A stretch of DNA of 62,714 nt, filler included, from Choristocarpus tenellus KU-1152 (GCA_964200185.2; 10 parts of 10 records of this genome joined end to end with filler, not necessarily neighbours in it); one strand, 5' to 3'; shown: positions 13,434-28,572, counted from the first letter of the whole stretch. Translations and numbers: made by a program. The notes: a model not told the origin generated them from the sequence alone.

Positions 13434-14699
13434 TTAGGGACAAGTGTACCAGTTCACGTGTGGCTAGGGGCGGGGGGGGTTAAAAGTAGGTACAGACTCT
13501 GTAATTGGTAGGATGTTTTTCTGTATTTATGGTTGTGTTGGGGTTATGATTAGAGAACATGTACAGTACTGCCTTTGTAGCAGTTCCTAGTTCATTTCTG
13601 TTATTGTTAAGGTGCATGCAATGGTAGTTTTCTGTATGCTGCTATTGTAGTACTACCACAGTGGTTTGTGGTCGATGTGTGAATCCTTCTTAAGCAAAGC
13701 CGTGGTATGTGAGCAACCCTCCAAAATATGGGTTCTAGATTATGAGTCACAAGATGCGCCTAAGGAAATTTTGTTGCTCGCAGTGGCAATGGATACATAA
13801 ATGAAAGGGGTATGCACGGGAACAGTATCTCTTCATTCAGGGGTCACAGCTTCTCCTACAGGTTGAACCCTAGAGATAGGGAAAGTGCTATGGAGTGAAC
13901 TGCTTATAGTCACTCCTTGCGTGTATACCTATGTAGTACGTGGGATTATTTTGCCTCTGTCATAAGTATTTATGTGTTGAAACCTGTGATCAGACAGCTT
14001 TCTCACATGCATTCTCCTGCACACACAATAAGAGCACATGAGGAGGAGAAAACCTTAGTGGGAGGGGTTTCTAAATCCTTGACAGGCATCCACATGTATG
14101 GTATGTGGGATTTGTCAACCTTGTGCAGGCCTTTCATCGTCTGCCATGTGAATGTATGTACGTATTTGAAATCTCATGGAAAGCACATGAGGGAGGAGAC
14201 AACCATATCAGCACAAGCCTCGTTCAGGTTTGCTGGGCAAATGTGCAAACAGAAACTTGGTCTTCACCTGAAAAGAGCATAATTTGTGCTTTTTTTTGTG
14301 CATTGCATTACGTCTGATGTAGTGCAGTATCAATGTACAATTTGCAAATAGTGTAGAAGAACACATCGTGTCTTATTTGATTCGATGGAGGCTAAAATGG
14401 GATGAGAGAGATTGACCCATGGTTGATTGAGCATGTTGCCTTTGCATTTGCGAAAAATTTGTCCTCTTTCACTCTCCCTGTCACCTCAATTCAACTTTGT
14501 GTTATTTATTCTGTACCCCCTTTCCCATGCCAATGAGTTTGCTCTCTGTAACACAAAACGTTTCCTACCACTCTTATCATAGTTAAGAGTAATTTTGCCT
14601 TGCTGATGTATTACCAAGGTAGAGTATTAATTTTTGGGTTTCCTGGTAAATGAAGTAATCTGATATAATTTTTATAATGTTACCTTCATTGTGTTCATC

Positions 14700-14878
14700 G
14701 GCTCAAAGTATCTGGGGGGGGTGGCGGCTGTCCATCATTTGGGGCCCATTTTTGCATGTCACGATTTTTGGGTGATTTGGTTCATACGTCGGGTGGATAT
14801 AATGTAAGTGCACTTCTCCTGGTCAGGGTCCAAATGGACACCCTGGTGTAGACCCCCCCTCCCAGATAGTTTGAGTCC
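14700..14878 (-). mobile_element. MITE family A, copy 1
   Basis: TIRs GGCTCAAAGTATCTGGG / CCCAGATAGTTTGAGTCC; interior is the reverse complement of the copies at 33488 and 42977. Confidence 0.8.
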
Positions 14879-16868
14879 ACCCTGCAACAATTCAAAGAGG
14901 TATTAATTAATACATGCTAGGGTGTGGAAAAATGGTTACTCATCATCGTAGTGCCCAGTACAGTATCGTTCATTTCCATACTGTTTCGACTAGGCTCTTC
15001 AGAGTCATCCAGGTCCAAAGGAGTCTCTCCAGAGCCCCTGATTCCAGCAAGGTCTCTTGGCCAGAATCAATCTGTATGAGGTTCCTCTTTGGAGAGTCTC
15101 CCTTCCCAATTTGGAGCCTCTGTCACTCCATCTTTTCCCTCCTCCTGACCTCACTGCTCTTGTCATCTTGATAGTGGTATTAGTCTCATCTACAAATTAA
15201 CCGTGTTCTGTCCTGGTCTGTTTCTAGTCTGGTGACTCTCTTTGGGACCCTTCTTGCGCGTGTTAGGAAAAGGTGAAAGCACAGTGATTTCAATTTGTGT
15301 ACTTAACTTCGTTGTGAGAAAATAGAGTGCACCTTAGATTTAGAATGGACCAGTGCTTGGGTGTTTGAGGATTATTGGGGTGTTGGGTGACTTCCAGGAT
15401 TGCTTTTAAGGGCCACTACTGCTGCTGCTGCTGCTGTTATGGTCACTGAGTGTCTCTGCTTTTCCATGATGCTGTTGTCGGTTTAGTTACTAGTAATATT
15501 GTGTGATCACAGATCAACAATAATTGTAATCATTTTCCCAAATAATCTGGACGGGGTAAATGGTTTGTTCAGCTTATCTGTATGTGTGACTACTTGAAAC
15601 CATGCATGGGTGGTCTTGGTGTGTTAAAGTGCAACACCAAAACCTTCATTGAGCTACCAACCCTTTCACCTCCTTTTTTATTATTTCCAACCAAATTAAG
15701 CAAATTGTGAGATAATATAATATTGATCGGTAAGTCTTACCAGACATCAAGGAACAAGACATCCTTTCTTTCTCGTTGGACTTACTCTATCCTCAGCTCC
15801 AATTCCCCAACATGTAGCCCATATCCATTGGTGTAATACTATACTTACCGAACCCTAATACTTGGAAATATCAGTTAAACTACAGAGTGCCATAGTGTTG
15901 TGATTCCACATACTATACTGTAATAATTCATAAACATGTATGATCTTGTGAAACCCAACCTCGGACTTGTAAGGTAGGAGTTTCTTCTTATGGCATGCAA
16001 AGGTCACTCTGTTAACTCTACTTTTCTGCTTTGCTTATATTCATGGTCACCAATCAGGTTGTGCACATTGTACCTACCTGTCTGCCTTTCAGTGCGTGAT
16101 TTACCAAATCATTGAAGAAGTACCGAGCTGCTTCCTGTTCCCTTCCCTTTTGCAACACTTGATGAGCTTGCACCTACTTGAGGAAGACCTCGCAAAGCTT
16201 TTGTGTACATCCCTGTATAATGAACACACCACTTAGTAAATCAATGAAAGGAACCACTCCTCATTTCTCTCTCCTAGAGTGTAGCTGTGGCTGACCACCC
16301 TTGTACTTTTAACCCACAACAAGACCTAGTCTCTACACAACCCAATATGAAGAAACAAGCCAAAACATAATTTCTTGGTGAAAAAAACCTAAGTTATTAC
16401 ACATTACGAATTCGAATGCGCATGCATGTGCATGAGAGATGGAAACAGAATGTCCACTCAAAGAAATGTAGTAGCCCAAGAAAAGAACAGAGTGATATGG
16501 ATGAATAGGTGTTGAACATGGTTGATAAGAACCACTCTGCAAAATACAGACACACCACTTTAAAGTTGTCAGTATCTAGAACAAAATTAGTCATATTCTT
16601 GGGCAGTTGGGTCACACAACACTTCTCTATTAAACCACTATTTAAACATGAGAAAAACGCAAAGGATAGGAGATATTATAACTGCATGACAAGGAATAAT
16701 AAGCAAACAAAGTTCCAGTTGAAGTCAGCGCCTCTTGAAGTGCCTTGTGCCCTCCCTACACCTGAACAATGCAAAGTCATCCTCAACAGAAGGAAACAAA
16801 CATAAATGAATACAAGCATGACAATACATGAAGTTATCAATTGAGTCACAAAAGTCAATGAACTCTGC

Positions 16869-19800
16869 CTATCCTTCCCCAAGAAGGTCATAGTCATCTA
16901 CTTTATCTTCGTAGGTCTTGATGGCTCGCTTGATCTTGGATCCTGTCACCCAGGTGACAAAGTCCTCCATGCTACGTGATACCAAGAACTTCACAATTCA
17001 GCAAAATCATGCAAGGAGAGGAAGGGGACGTGGAAGCAGATGAGTTAATCTTGTAGTATCTTAAGTAGAGTGTGCACATGACGAAAATGTGACAGATTGT
17101 TGTGGAAAGAATAATAATTCATGCCTCCGTATGTCCACCTTATAGTCTCTTTCTCAACATCAATAACAAAACACACAAAATTTCTTGAAGAGAGATAGTG
17201 CAAGCACTCTCCTGAACCTTGCGCTGATCAATTGTCCAATCATCCTGTAACAATTCTTGCCTGTCTGTCCAGGTTATCCCTGTCCTGAGACCTTCCACCA
17301 TCAACACATGACACTATGGACTATGTATAGTATAGAAGTTAAGAGTTTAGGGCTTTTCACTGGATCAACTGATAAGACCATGGGCACAGACTGGTCCGGT
17401 TCAAACCTTTGATTGCCCTGTAAAGAAAGGTATGTTGACCAGATTTGCAAAGTCAAAATTTGATGCACCAACCCCCAAACTGTCCCAAAGACACTGGGAA
17501 TATGCGGGATTTTGAAATCCCTTCAGCTGCATACATTACTGCCATTATAATATGATTAACCAAGCACTGACCAGGCTGGCTCAATACTATCCTTTGTCTT
17601 AATGGAGTTGTGGGCCGGTCTACAGCCCAGTCCTGTCATGTTTGCCCAGTTTAGTGAAAGGATTTCAAACGTTCATCCATGAAAATAGGATAAAATGTTG
17701 AAAATTTCCCCAAAGTGTTGGGTCTGGCACTGCTGTGGGTTGAATTCAATCAATTCGCCCACAGAGCATTTAGAGGCTCTGGCCTTGTAATCTAACAGTG
17801 TGCCATATGGAGGCAATACTACCAGAAAGGGCCTAGGTCATCAAGAAGAGGAGCCCATAAGCACAACAAATGGATGCCAACATGGGACACCCACAGACCA
17901 GTGAAAGGGTTCACAAATTGTCTTTGGTGCCTTGTATGCAGTGTCCACCTCCCTTAAGTGTATGTGTCTTGGCCTGTGTAGCAGTAGTGGTTAGGAGGAT
18001 ATCGCAAGACCACTTGATTAGCCAGAATAGAGATCCTTAGTAAATCACACTTTTAAAGATCAACCAGTGCTGATGCAGTCCAGTAACTATCAGAGGAGTT
18101 TCTGTATATCCCTCCTGTAAGGACTCGTCACACTGCTGCAGACCTTTCCAAATTTTGTGGTACACACTGGGATGGTGGAAGCTCCCTTCATGAAAGGTTT
18201 GCATCATGTGAGCCATACCATTTGGGCTGGAGGTGGGTGAAGCACTTGAGCAATGGAAAGGCTCATAGATGGGTCCTGACAATCTTCCAACAGAGCTATT
18301 AAAACTTGGCTCACAGAAGAGCGTGGCTATTATCAAGGGCTTCAATAACAGTGTCTTGGCTGTGTGGAACCAGGAAGCTATACCACAGTACAAGAAGGGT
18401 GTGGTCATCACCATGATCTACAAGAAGATCCAGGCACTGAATCAGACATGTAAGGAGACTGAATTTGGATCTTTGTAAATACAGCCTTGGTTCAACGACA
18501 GACCTCAAGTGTATCACTTGAGCTTTAGATTTGAATGCTCAAGGCTGAAGGGCTCGAACTTCTGTTACGGATGTACGGCATGGACGTTTCACCAGGTTCA
18601 TTATCTGAAGCTCTTTTCACCTCATAATTTCCTCCTCCACTGCACTGGATTCCGCAAACGGGAACACACTGATACGCCATCATGTCCTACAAAGTGAAAA
18701 CTGGGTGTAAGCATATCAAGGCAACAGAGCTCCAGCAAAGACTCCAATTCGCTTTGGTCACTTCCATGCATGGTGGATCAACAACTTCCGTTAGCATAGA
18801 TATTTGGGGAGATTCCGACTGGAAAATAGAAGCAAGGTGAACAGGAGAAGAATGAGCAAAGAAGCCTCTAAGACTATCTTGACAAGATTTGTATCGCAGT
18901 TGAGGGTTGGAGAAATAGGGCTACTGACCACCAAGAGTGGTGTAAATGTGTGGTCGAAGGCACAACGAGGTTCATGGTAGAGTAGCATTCTAAGGAAACT
19001 GTGATAGCCTATCTATATAATGCCTTAAGCAGCTAAGGTCGCTTTAGTCACCACTACCACCACCACCACCACGGTCTGCTGAATGTTGTTGTCTCGTTGT
19101 ATTCTTTTTATGGGTTGATTGTTATGCATCCGTCGTTTCCTTCTTTTTCCCAAAAGGTTCTAAGCTTTCCTTTTGTTTTCTCATCTTTTTTTTTCTTCCT
19201 TCACTTTTCGCATTTTCTCAAGCAGTGTGAATTGTTTACTTTGGATCACCTTTTCAACAACGGCTCTGAGATCCGTCAGGACTAATGTGATGACAAATTA
19301 AAAAAAAATAATATTACAGTGCTCTGCAACACAATTCACGCGCACGCCTCTAAAACTCCAGAACCCTCGAATGTAAAAGCACTATGCACACCACAGTACC
19401 TAACACCGACAAATGTACCCAGTGTTTCACACACATATCCAAATATATATTAATCAATAAATATTAATCACTCAAAATAACGAACCTAAATCATGCCCCA
19501 AACCCTAGCTCTTGCTATGTACTCTACTGTAACAAAAAATGAAAATATTAAGAACTGCCCCCCCCACCCCCCCCACTCACCGCAGGATCTGTGACTGCAT
19601 GTGGCCCGACTCTGACATGTCCCTGCTCAATGAATGTTGTAGCCTCCTTAAGGGTTTCCGACATCTTTAGTCGCACCATCACCACAGGCAGGCGTCGTCT
19701 GTGGCATTGTAGGGTGGATGAAAGGGGGATGAAATTAACTCGGTTTTAAGCTTCGAGCAAGTCCAAAGGTGCCTGGGAGAACACTCAAGTTGAGAATTTC

Positions 19801-21713
19801 TGAGGTGTGCAGGATAAAGAGCTCTGCCGGGACATTGGACCAAGACTATTCATCATTGCATAGGATAGTAGGAACAGAGTACATAGTTCATTGCTTACGT
19901 ACTCCAAGTGCATTAAGGGTAACACAGGCTTGACAAGTTGAGAGTGTTGTTACCAAGGGGATGTAATGCCAGTTTCCAGCATGTCTTAAGATCAGTGTTT
20001 GAGCCTATCTCGGAGGGTTTCAACACTGTCTTATGGACTTGCTGTGCCATGTAGGCAGGTCCGATCTCAGACCTCATGTTGATCTATGATTCACACTAAG
20101 ACTTTTAGCATACTCAAGGGTTTCCCAGTTGGTGGGGTGGAGCACATGGCAGGATTTTGCAGAAAGCTTCACTACGTAACTGCATACAGCATGTGTGGAG
20201 TAAGGGCACATGTTGAGGACATCTAATTGCAGAGGCAGGGAGTGAGGTATAGGGGATATCTTCCTGAGCTTGTTGCAGTTGAGTTAGTTTTAGCAAATGA
20301 ACATTGTGCTTAAGTATTACTGTAAATGTTCGCCTAACTGGTTGACGCATAGAGCTATCTTGTCCTCTCACCTGCCACTTGTGTTGGCATTCCCATAGTA
20401 CACTCTATGTTCATCCGTGTTGCAAAAATGAACCCCACCAAACTGCATCAACCCCCTAGTCTACCTTGCTAGCTCCCCCAAAAGTTTCTTAAACAGAATT
20501 AAGCCCTCTCTTAAGCCAACATTTTGTGCTAGGTTTAGGATGGAGCAGAACAGAGAAAACAAGAAAAAATGGCAATCAGTTGCACTGCATTCATTCCCCG
20601 TCTCAAAAACACACCTGCAAAAAGCAGAAGAAGTGCATTCCTCTGCCTGGGCAAGACTGTTCTTTGTGTTAATGATGCCCATGCTGAAAAGTTTGTTTAA
20701 CAGTTGCTCTGTCATCTTAATGCGGAACTCATCACTGCTGCCAAGTTTCTGAGGTAAGGGTGTGAGTGCATGCGGCATACGTAGATGGTGTGGGGTAGAA
20801 GGTGGGTTCTTTTGTCGCTGAAGGATAGTGCAAAGTTAAGGCTTGATCGACTCACCAGTTCTCCACCAATTGAAGATGACTCTCATGGGCTAAGAACTTG
20901 GTTGCATGCACTCAGGGATGACTTTGGATGGAAATAAAAGATTGTAAACACACACAATGCTGGAACCTACAGCAATGGGTACATCTGTCTAGATCTGTTG
21001 CTACTGAGATGCTAAAAAACAGAAGCGACAGTCAGTCGCCACGCGGATATATTAATCGCATTTTTGACAAATGACATCGCTCAAACCTCACGTATTTTGT
21101 CTTAGGTATGCTACGTGTAGTATAGAGCTGTGCAACAAGAGGAAGGCCCGCTCCACCAACAGTCGATTGAAATGACAATGATCTCGAAGTGTCAGTGTAC
21201 AAGACCCAAGGTCAACACCCGCAAGCATGAAGAAGGGGGAAAATGGACCTGGAATATGGTTACATTATGCACATGAAATTGTACTTATCTTACTTTCTAT
21301 CCCCTCAAAAACGTGCATCATGGAACGACCCATATCATCTACGACGTTCTGATCGTGTGAGGTACTAACCTTGAGTCTTGCTGTTAACATGCCGATGAGG
21401 TTAACAATTTTGTTGTATTTAATGTAGTCGTCACGATTTTGGATCCTATATCGTCGAATAACCTGCCACGTATGAGGGAAGAGAAATGAACTTCACACTC
21501 AAGCATCTTGACCTCTTGTTTGGTACACAACTTCGAGGGTGCCAACAAATGTATGCAACATCCATTGCCGTGTAAGTGGTTGAAAAGTCAAGGAAAGCAG
21601 CTTGACCTTGCCCTCATGCGCACCTTAATCTCCCTAAGATTTTGATCACTTTTCCATTGAAGGAAATCGACCTTCTTCAGAAGTTTCTGCTCGTGATACT
21701 TGAGCTTCCTCAT
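16869..21713 (-). CDS. IMP3: U3 small nucleolar ribonucleoprotein IMP3 (184 aa)
   Basis: Exons 21713-21624, 21462-21370, 20748-20615, 19698-19581, 16988-16869; [73 protein letters not shown]. Confidence 0.96.
17850..18990 (+). mobile_element. Degenerate RTE-like non-LTR retrotransposon in IMP3 intron 4 (antisense to IMP3)
   Basis: Fragments [40 protein letters not shown] and QQRLQFA are typical of LINE ORF2 flanking the RT; the RT core appears deleted; many frameshifts; boundaries approximate. Confidence 0.7.
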
Positions 21714-23325
21714 ACCCAAGTTATGTCAACAGCGAGCAAGGCTGACTTCCTCCCGTTTGACCCTGGGTACCCCTCTTCAACACTTCAACAACCTTACCCT
21801 TGACAATGCCTACTAGAGGTCGAGGGAAGAATGACAATGGTTGGGTTTCGAGAGACTGTGGTGACTGTACAATGGATGAGGATCTGTTACTTTACTCTCA
21901 TCATGTTGGTGTTGGGATTTTGTGGATGTGTACGTCTGCGCGCGGCAATTGCGTGCGAAGCAAAAAGGTAAAATGGTTGGTGGATGGAATTTTAAATGTT
22001 AGCAAACTTCAGAAATAATAAATAACAAATAATTGCAAACTGAGCGGAATGTAGACAAGTTGTTGATAGTGGTACTAATGAAATATAGGTTATATTATAT
22101 CAGGATAAGATAATACTTTTTTTCTGTACTACTGGTGGTTAGCACATACTCCTCTCTAAAAAAAAACTCTTTGCAAAAGCCATGTAACATACCAATTCAT
22201 GTATGTCGGGGAACTCTTAACCATAACAAGAAACTCTCCAGAGATTAAATAACAGTAACTCCTCCTACACACCACATCATTGAGTCGTTGACACACTTTG
22301 CATCACAAAATGTTTTTCTATCGTATCACTCTATAGCATTATCCCATTAATTGGTTGACCCTTCAACAACCCAGCAGCAGTTAAGTTGGCAATGTGATGA
22401 ACTCTTGAGGAATTGGAGTGGTGACACTTTGCCATATTTATCCCACACGTACGCTGTTAAAAGAGTGATCAAAATCTAATGTCAAGCCAAGATTATCCCA
22501 AAGGAAAAAAAGAAAAAAACCCTACAATTTATCTGTGGAAGTTAACTTCTCTGTTTATCCCGACACCAGCACTTCAAAAAAATTGTCCATGCTGTGTACC
22601 ACTTGAAATTGCTTCCCCTTCTAAAAAGATAAATATATACAGTGTATAAAATGAAAAAAAACTCTATTTGAAATGAACAAATCAGGACCAACACACAATC
22701 CACAACAAGGAATTCTCATACTGTCACAAAACACCACGATGCTGTAAGCACTGTAACAAACCACAGCACTCACTTTGTAACATAGGCCACGACGCAAATC
22801 AGTCACAGGCTTCCACATGCTTACCAACGACACAGCATAACCAACACATAGGCAGTACAAAAATGTTTCACTACATGAGCCCGCAATCAAGTCAATTTAC
22901 CTTCCAACACCATGTATGCAGTGAGTGCATCTCCCAGTCACCAATGCCCCCACATACGAAACTCATTGCACTCAGACACACACAGACAAAGCTCACACAC
23001 CACAGGCACACCTTAACATTTTAAGGACTTACACCTAATGAAGAATGAACTGCCAACAAAATATCGTGTGGGATCAAGGTGAATCCCCCCTCCTCTCCCT
23101 TTCCCCCCCTGAGTAGTGGAGGGTCAAAAGCGGATGGCCATCAAATCACCTCCATCAACACACACAATAACCCCTACTGCGTTCCCCTCTTCATGCTCAG
23201 TCTTGGTCCACTCCCTCTAACAGCAACTTTGCCCTGATTCAACTAAAACATACATGTGAAGAAACAGCACTACACTGGTCCCTACTTCCAGACCTCAGCT
23301 GGCACCAGCATTGTCCCAACCCCCC

Positions 23326-23865
23326 CTAAAAAGAAGACCAAGGATCACTTTCTCCAAATGAAGCAGCTCCAAAGTCAACTCCCCCACCATTAGAGCTACG
23401 TTGCCCTGGTCTTCCTGAACTCCCTCCCCATGGTGGATTGTTCCTGGCCTGATATCCTTCCCCCTGTCCCTGCATACTTCCTGCGGTCAATGCGCTCGTG
23501 TGCCCCCGCTGATTAGAGCGAAAAACATCTTCCATTGAAGATTGTGGGATGCGATTCTGCAGTGGTCGGTGTCCTGTCAGCACTCTATGGACGGCCCTTG
23601 AGAAGCGGAAAGCCTGGACAAAGGATAGGAGGTGAGGGGGCCAGGTGAAAGTTAGGGTGGCTGGGGATAGTATCATGTAGCCCCTACAAAACGACCACAT
23701 TGGTAACTTGCCTTACATACATTGATTTATTCAATCACCTCTGATTGTGACCTTCCTGTCAACAAAAACTCACCGCATATCCCAGGATGATTGTGACTGC
23801 CCAACGCAGAACCCTGAGTTTGCTGAGCCGTCGCCTCTCTTCCTCCTCACTTGGAGGGGGCTCGC
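23326..23865 (-). CDS. Last two exons of a membrane protein with a G/Q/S-rich tail (partial; possibly PEX13-like)
   Basis: Exons 23865-23774 (EPPPSEEEERRRLSKLRVLRWAVTIILGYA) and 23613-23326 (AFRFSRAVHR...DPWSSF*), phase 0; family guess is weak. Confidence 0.55.
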
Positions 23866-26800
23866 CTGCTCTCAAAAACGCCAATCAGTACCACCAGGGT
23901 AACCGCCACCAGCAGCAAAAAGGCCAGGGGCCAGCCGGGAAGGGGATAGCAAGGGAGGGAAGAATGACAGCGAGAGCGTTAACACACAGACCATGAGAGT
24001 AAGAGGAGGAGGAGGAGGACAAGGAAGGAGGACAAAAAAGGTCGGTTGTCTTAACCCCCAACCTTTAGCTGTTTTCAAAAAAAAGGAGAAAAAAAAGAGG
24101 TGTGAGGTGGCGTAAGCTATAGCGGTACAGAGACGATGGTAACATTTAAAAAAAAGAATAATGATGAGAACTTTTAAAGGACTAATAAGTTAGGGAAGAG
24201 AGTCTGTCGGTTCAGGGCAAGCAAGCTGCGGGAACAAAATAAAAAAATAAAAAAATGCATCTGTCTAATAAAGCGGTTTTCAACAGAGCATTAGAACCCA
24301 CGCATTGTGTATCTGCCTCTCCTTGATTGTAGTAAATGTATCACTTCAGTATTTGTAGCTCACAAACGATAAACAAGGTGCAGGTAGGTAATGCATCTCT
24401 ACCTCTAAGGAACCAGAGACGTAGAATCACCTCAAGGGGATTTGTACTGTCGAACGCGTACAGGTGTTTACTCTAATTATTTTCTTACTATTGTGAGGCA
24501 TCAAAGTACAAATAGGACACCCTATTTTTCACCACTTTAAGTTCGCCACTCAAATCCCCTTAACAGTGAAATAAGGTCAGGTCAGTGGCTTCCGCTACTA
24601 GGCAGGACTAACACTAACCGCAACCACAATCAAGTTTGCAACACCTCTCCACAAGGAAAGAACACAGCCTAATCAACCACAACAAGAACAATAAAGTAGC
24701 AGATTATACATACCTAAAACCCTTGAGGGAAGGTGCGAAATGAGATGAGGGGAGTTTGAACTGGGGGGAGGGGGNNNNNNNNNNNNNNNNNNNNNNNNNN
24801 NNNNNNNNNNNNNNNNNNTTAATTAATTAANNNNNNNNNNNNNNNNNNNNNNNNNNNNNNNNNNNNNNNNNNNNCCCTCACAAACCACCCCCCCCCAAGA
24901 TACTTTGACCCTTTGAACAGTATGCCTGGATGAAGGGGAGAAAAGAACCGATTGAAGTGATTCTATGCAGAGGAAGTTACATCAGTGGCAACCGGATGGT
25001 ATTGCTATGATACTTGAGAGAAAAAAGAATTAAGATTTTGTTAAGAATGCATCTGGTGCAGATGTTTTCCGAGTTATACGTTACTTAGTCCTCGTGGGGT
25101 CTGGTTTGTTTGCCCTTCCGCTTACTTTGATCCTTAAACATTTTCCTTGTTCTGGTTGTGCTAAACCCTGACCCTAACACAGGTGCAAGGGTTGCAAGGA
25201 GATGTTCTCAGACCTGAAGCGTATATCATGAGGAGGACTGACTGCCACGTGTATGCTTTACTTCTATTTATGTCTTGTCTCAATACATCAAATGTACCCT
25301 TCACTGATCCTTTCTCAAGCCCAGGCATGGAACATTCCTCATGGGTACAACCCCTACCTGCAGAGTGTAACCTTCCTTCAACCTACCCTGCTCCGTCGGG
25401 GGGGGGGTGGGGGAGCAGCAGGCAAGGAGACACACGCCTCTCCAATTTACAAGTAGTAGCAGGCCCTGCACCACTGCTGAGCATTGATACTTAGACTAAT
25501 CCACCAGGCTTTGCAATGGAGGATCATCCCGCCTTGACGCAAGAGGTGCTCCATGGTATGACCGTGGCTAACACCAGTCCCAGTTGGTGGTCGCAGTGAA
25601 GACGAAATGCCTCAGCTGCCTGTTACGTTATCTTCGGGTTAGGGTTTGCATTCTTGTCATATACAGGAATTGTTGTCCTCTAGATACTGCTTGTGTACCT
25701 TGTGATGGAGTTACATCATGCTTGAAACAGTAGAGTTACATCCCTGAGACACGATCAGGCACCTCAACACATGTACAACACATGTACAGGCGTAAAGTGT
25801 CTTTTTTTTATTTTACCGTGCTCTAGCGCAGGGATGCATCCATCGCTCTTATTTGGTCGAACCCTAACCCTAAGCCGGGGTTAGGTGTGCATAAATCCCT
25901 TTCCACACACACACACACACCTACATATACCAAGGATTGGTGGTAAGAGTGTGTCTACTGAACGATAACAACGATGAACATATGGAAATTCTGCCTTCAG
26001 AATTGGCGAGATGGGATGCTGTTCTCGTGTCATGGACTTGTTGAGAAGCAGGAACTTGGATTATTGTTGTGATTGATCTCTGTTGTTTACCCGCCCTTTT
26101 CCCACTCTTTTTGCATATCCATGTTCATGATGGAGCACAGTGAGTGACTGAGTCAAGGTTTGCTGTTTTCCAGAAATGTACTCAACTGTGCCACTTGTCA
26201 TGTAAGTTTTTTTTTTCAGGATCTTGAAATTGTCTCTTGGAAAGCAGAGACTTGGTTGCCGCGAACATAATGTTATCCTTTTGAAATATACTCATTTCAA
26301 GAGAAAATATCGATCTCATCTTTCATCCACTCTTCATTTTTGGCATCTTTGGGGAAGTTGATACAGCTCTAGTACTTCATAAATGTTTGTTGTGCTGGGT
26401 AGTGAAGAGGAATTGATTTGCTCTTGTGCCACTGGTGGTGCTTGTTGCATAAACTAGTTCTCCAGTTATTATTGTACTCATGTTTGTGAGGGGTAGAGTG
26501 GTCGATGTACTCTCCAGATCTTGGGGGGGTTTCATCAAGCCATTAGGTAAGATACCTGTACACTGCATTTATGACTGACTTCACTGTCCATGCAGCGAGA
26601 AGGCATGGAAGGTGTGAAGTATAGTTGAAGTTGGTGGATCGATAGTAATAGTATGGGATCTAAAATCGAGCATTATTACTATGATTCCAGTGTCAATCAT
26701 TTAGCCTCTGAAAATATGACATGACAAATGATTATGGGGTTTGGGTTTAGTCAGTGGTAAGGTATGACTAAGGATGAAACTGTGGATGGAATGTTTGGAA

Positions 26801-28572
26801 TTTGGTGTACTGCTCCGACACCCTCCGATTTCTACTCGGCGGAATTCCATTTTTTTTTTATTAATGTGTGGGTCAACAGGCTATATTCTTGTTCTATAAC
26901 GTTCCTCTCAAGGTCTATGATTTTTGCCTGAGTTTTTTTTTGTCATTTGATGACAAATGATACGAATTCTGCCAGTTGTAGAAGGGTAAAAGGATCCTAG
27001 TTGTTCCACAGTAGTTAATTGATGACGAACAAGCCCAGCTAAGTAGGGATACCAAGCATTATTTTTCTGTTAGAAAATAATACCTTACTCCGAAAATGTG
27101 ACGTAATGTTCTCAGGATGGAAGAGGGGGTGATGGGGTGATTCGCTCTGGGTCACTGCAATCATTAACCCACCATGTATCAATCAATGTACACCTCACCA
27201 CCTTCAGAGGCCACGAGGGGAAATTTGGGTTCATGGCGAAACATATACAAGTTTTGGCTGCATGCAGTCAGTCTTAACAATGCCAACCAATGGGAACCCA
27301 CTACCACATTCTGTCACCTTCAAAGGCCAAAGGGAAAATTCCGTACACTTCGAACATTTGAGTGTAGTGCGGAGTCAGTCTTTACAATGTCAAGTAACGT
27401 TGCCCCAAAGAAATGAGACTCATTCCTGACATCACTCCCCCTCTGGCGTGAGTTCCATCCAACACAAACGAACCCCCAAAAGGTGGCTGGCCATTGCTTA
27501 ATAGCCAACAGGTTGTCGGGAGGAAATAAAAAAATACTTGTTTGAAAAATGGGAACTAATCAAAGTATTGGTGGAAAGAGAGTTGCGCCGATATGAGCTC
27601 AAAAAAATCACTGCACTTAAGTTTGAACAGTCAAAAATGGTTTGAAGGTAGTTGTACAGCATAATGATAATCATGACGGCATGGACTATGTGTCTCATCA
27701 TACGTGACCTGCGGATCTATGTAGATGATCGTTGGTATCAACCAGATTGACAGATGCGTTTTAAAACGTGGGTGTTGTGGCAGGGAGGAGTAAAATATAG
27801 CAGAGGTCGGAAAATTCATCATCTCGCTCAACAATGGGGAAGCAAAATATTGCCGACAAAAACCAGGAGTGACGAAATTATAGGACAATTCGGAGATTCT
27901 CGTCAACAGCATATTGGATCGGTATGATGTTATACATTCAGTTTCAATATCTCAGGACATGGGAGTAGGATGCAGCTGGAGGTCATTCGTTTCTTCTTGT
28001 GCCCACCTTTCTTTGCGAATCTCATTTCTTCTGAACCTGATCAAGTCATGTGTCCGAAGTGATGGCAAGCAGTGGTTTTGGTGGTTACAAGTGGAGTATG
28101 TTTACTCCACGCTTATTTGCACCCTCCCCTATTTCCTTACTAACTTATTAACTAATGGCAGAGGTCTCTTTTGCTTACATATTCATCGGCTGAACAAATA
28201 ATTGATGTCATCACGTGTTGAGTGTCAGTGACTTCTGGGAGTATAGTAGTATATTTACCACCTCTACTTGGTGTTGAAATCAACCTGTCTGTCTGTACAT
28301 TCTACACTAGTTTTTGAAGATCGTCAAGTTTGACGACCCAACATCAGCAACACATATGGATGGAAGAATGAAGACCACATCTCAACTTCAAGAATGCCAT
28401 ACATCTATCTTCACTCGACCATATTGTCCAACACAACTACCAACTTCAACCTGCTTACCCAAATATTCAACCCTTCAATTACTTACGAACCCAACCATTT
28501 TTTTTACAATAATATGTAATTGTGTTGTAGGTACTCATACCACACACAATGATAGATCAATGTATGTACCAT

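Noticed and set aside
27130-27950. Possible Harbinger-like transposase relic (PKGKFRTL)
   Set aside because: One short motif among many stops; not supportable
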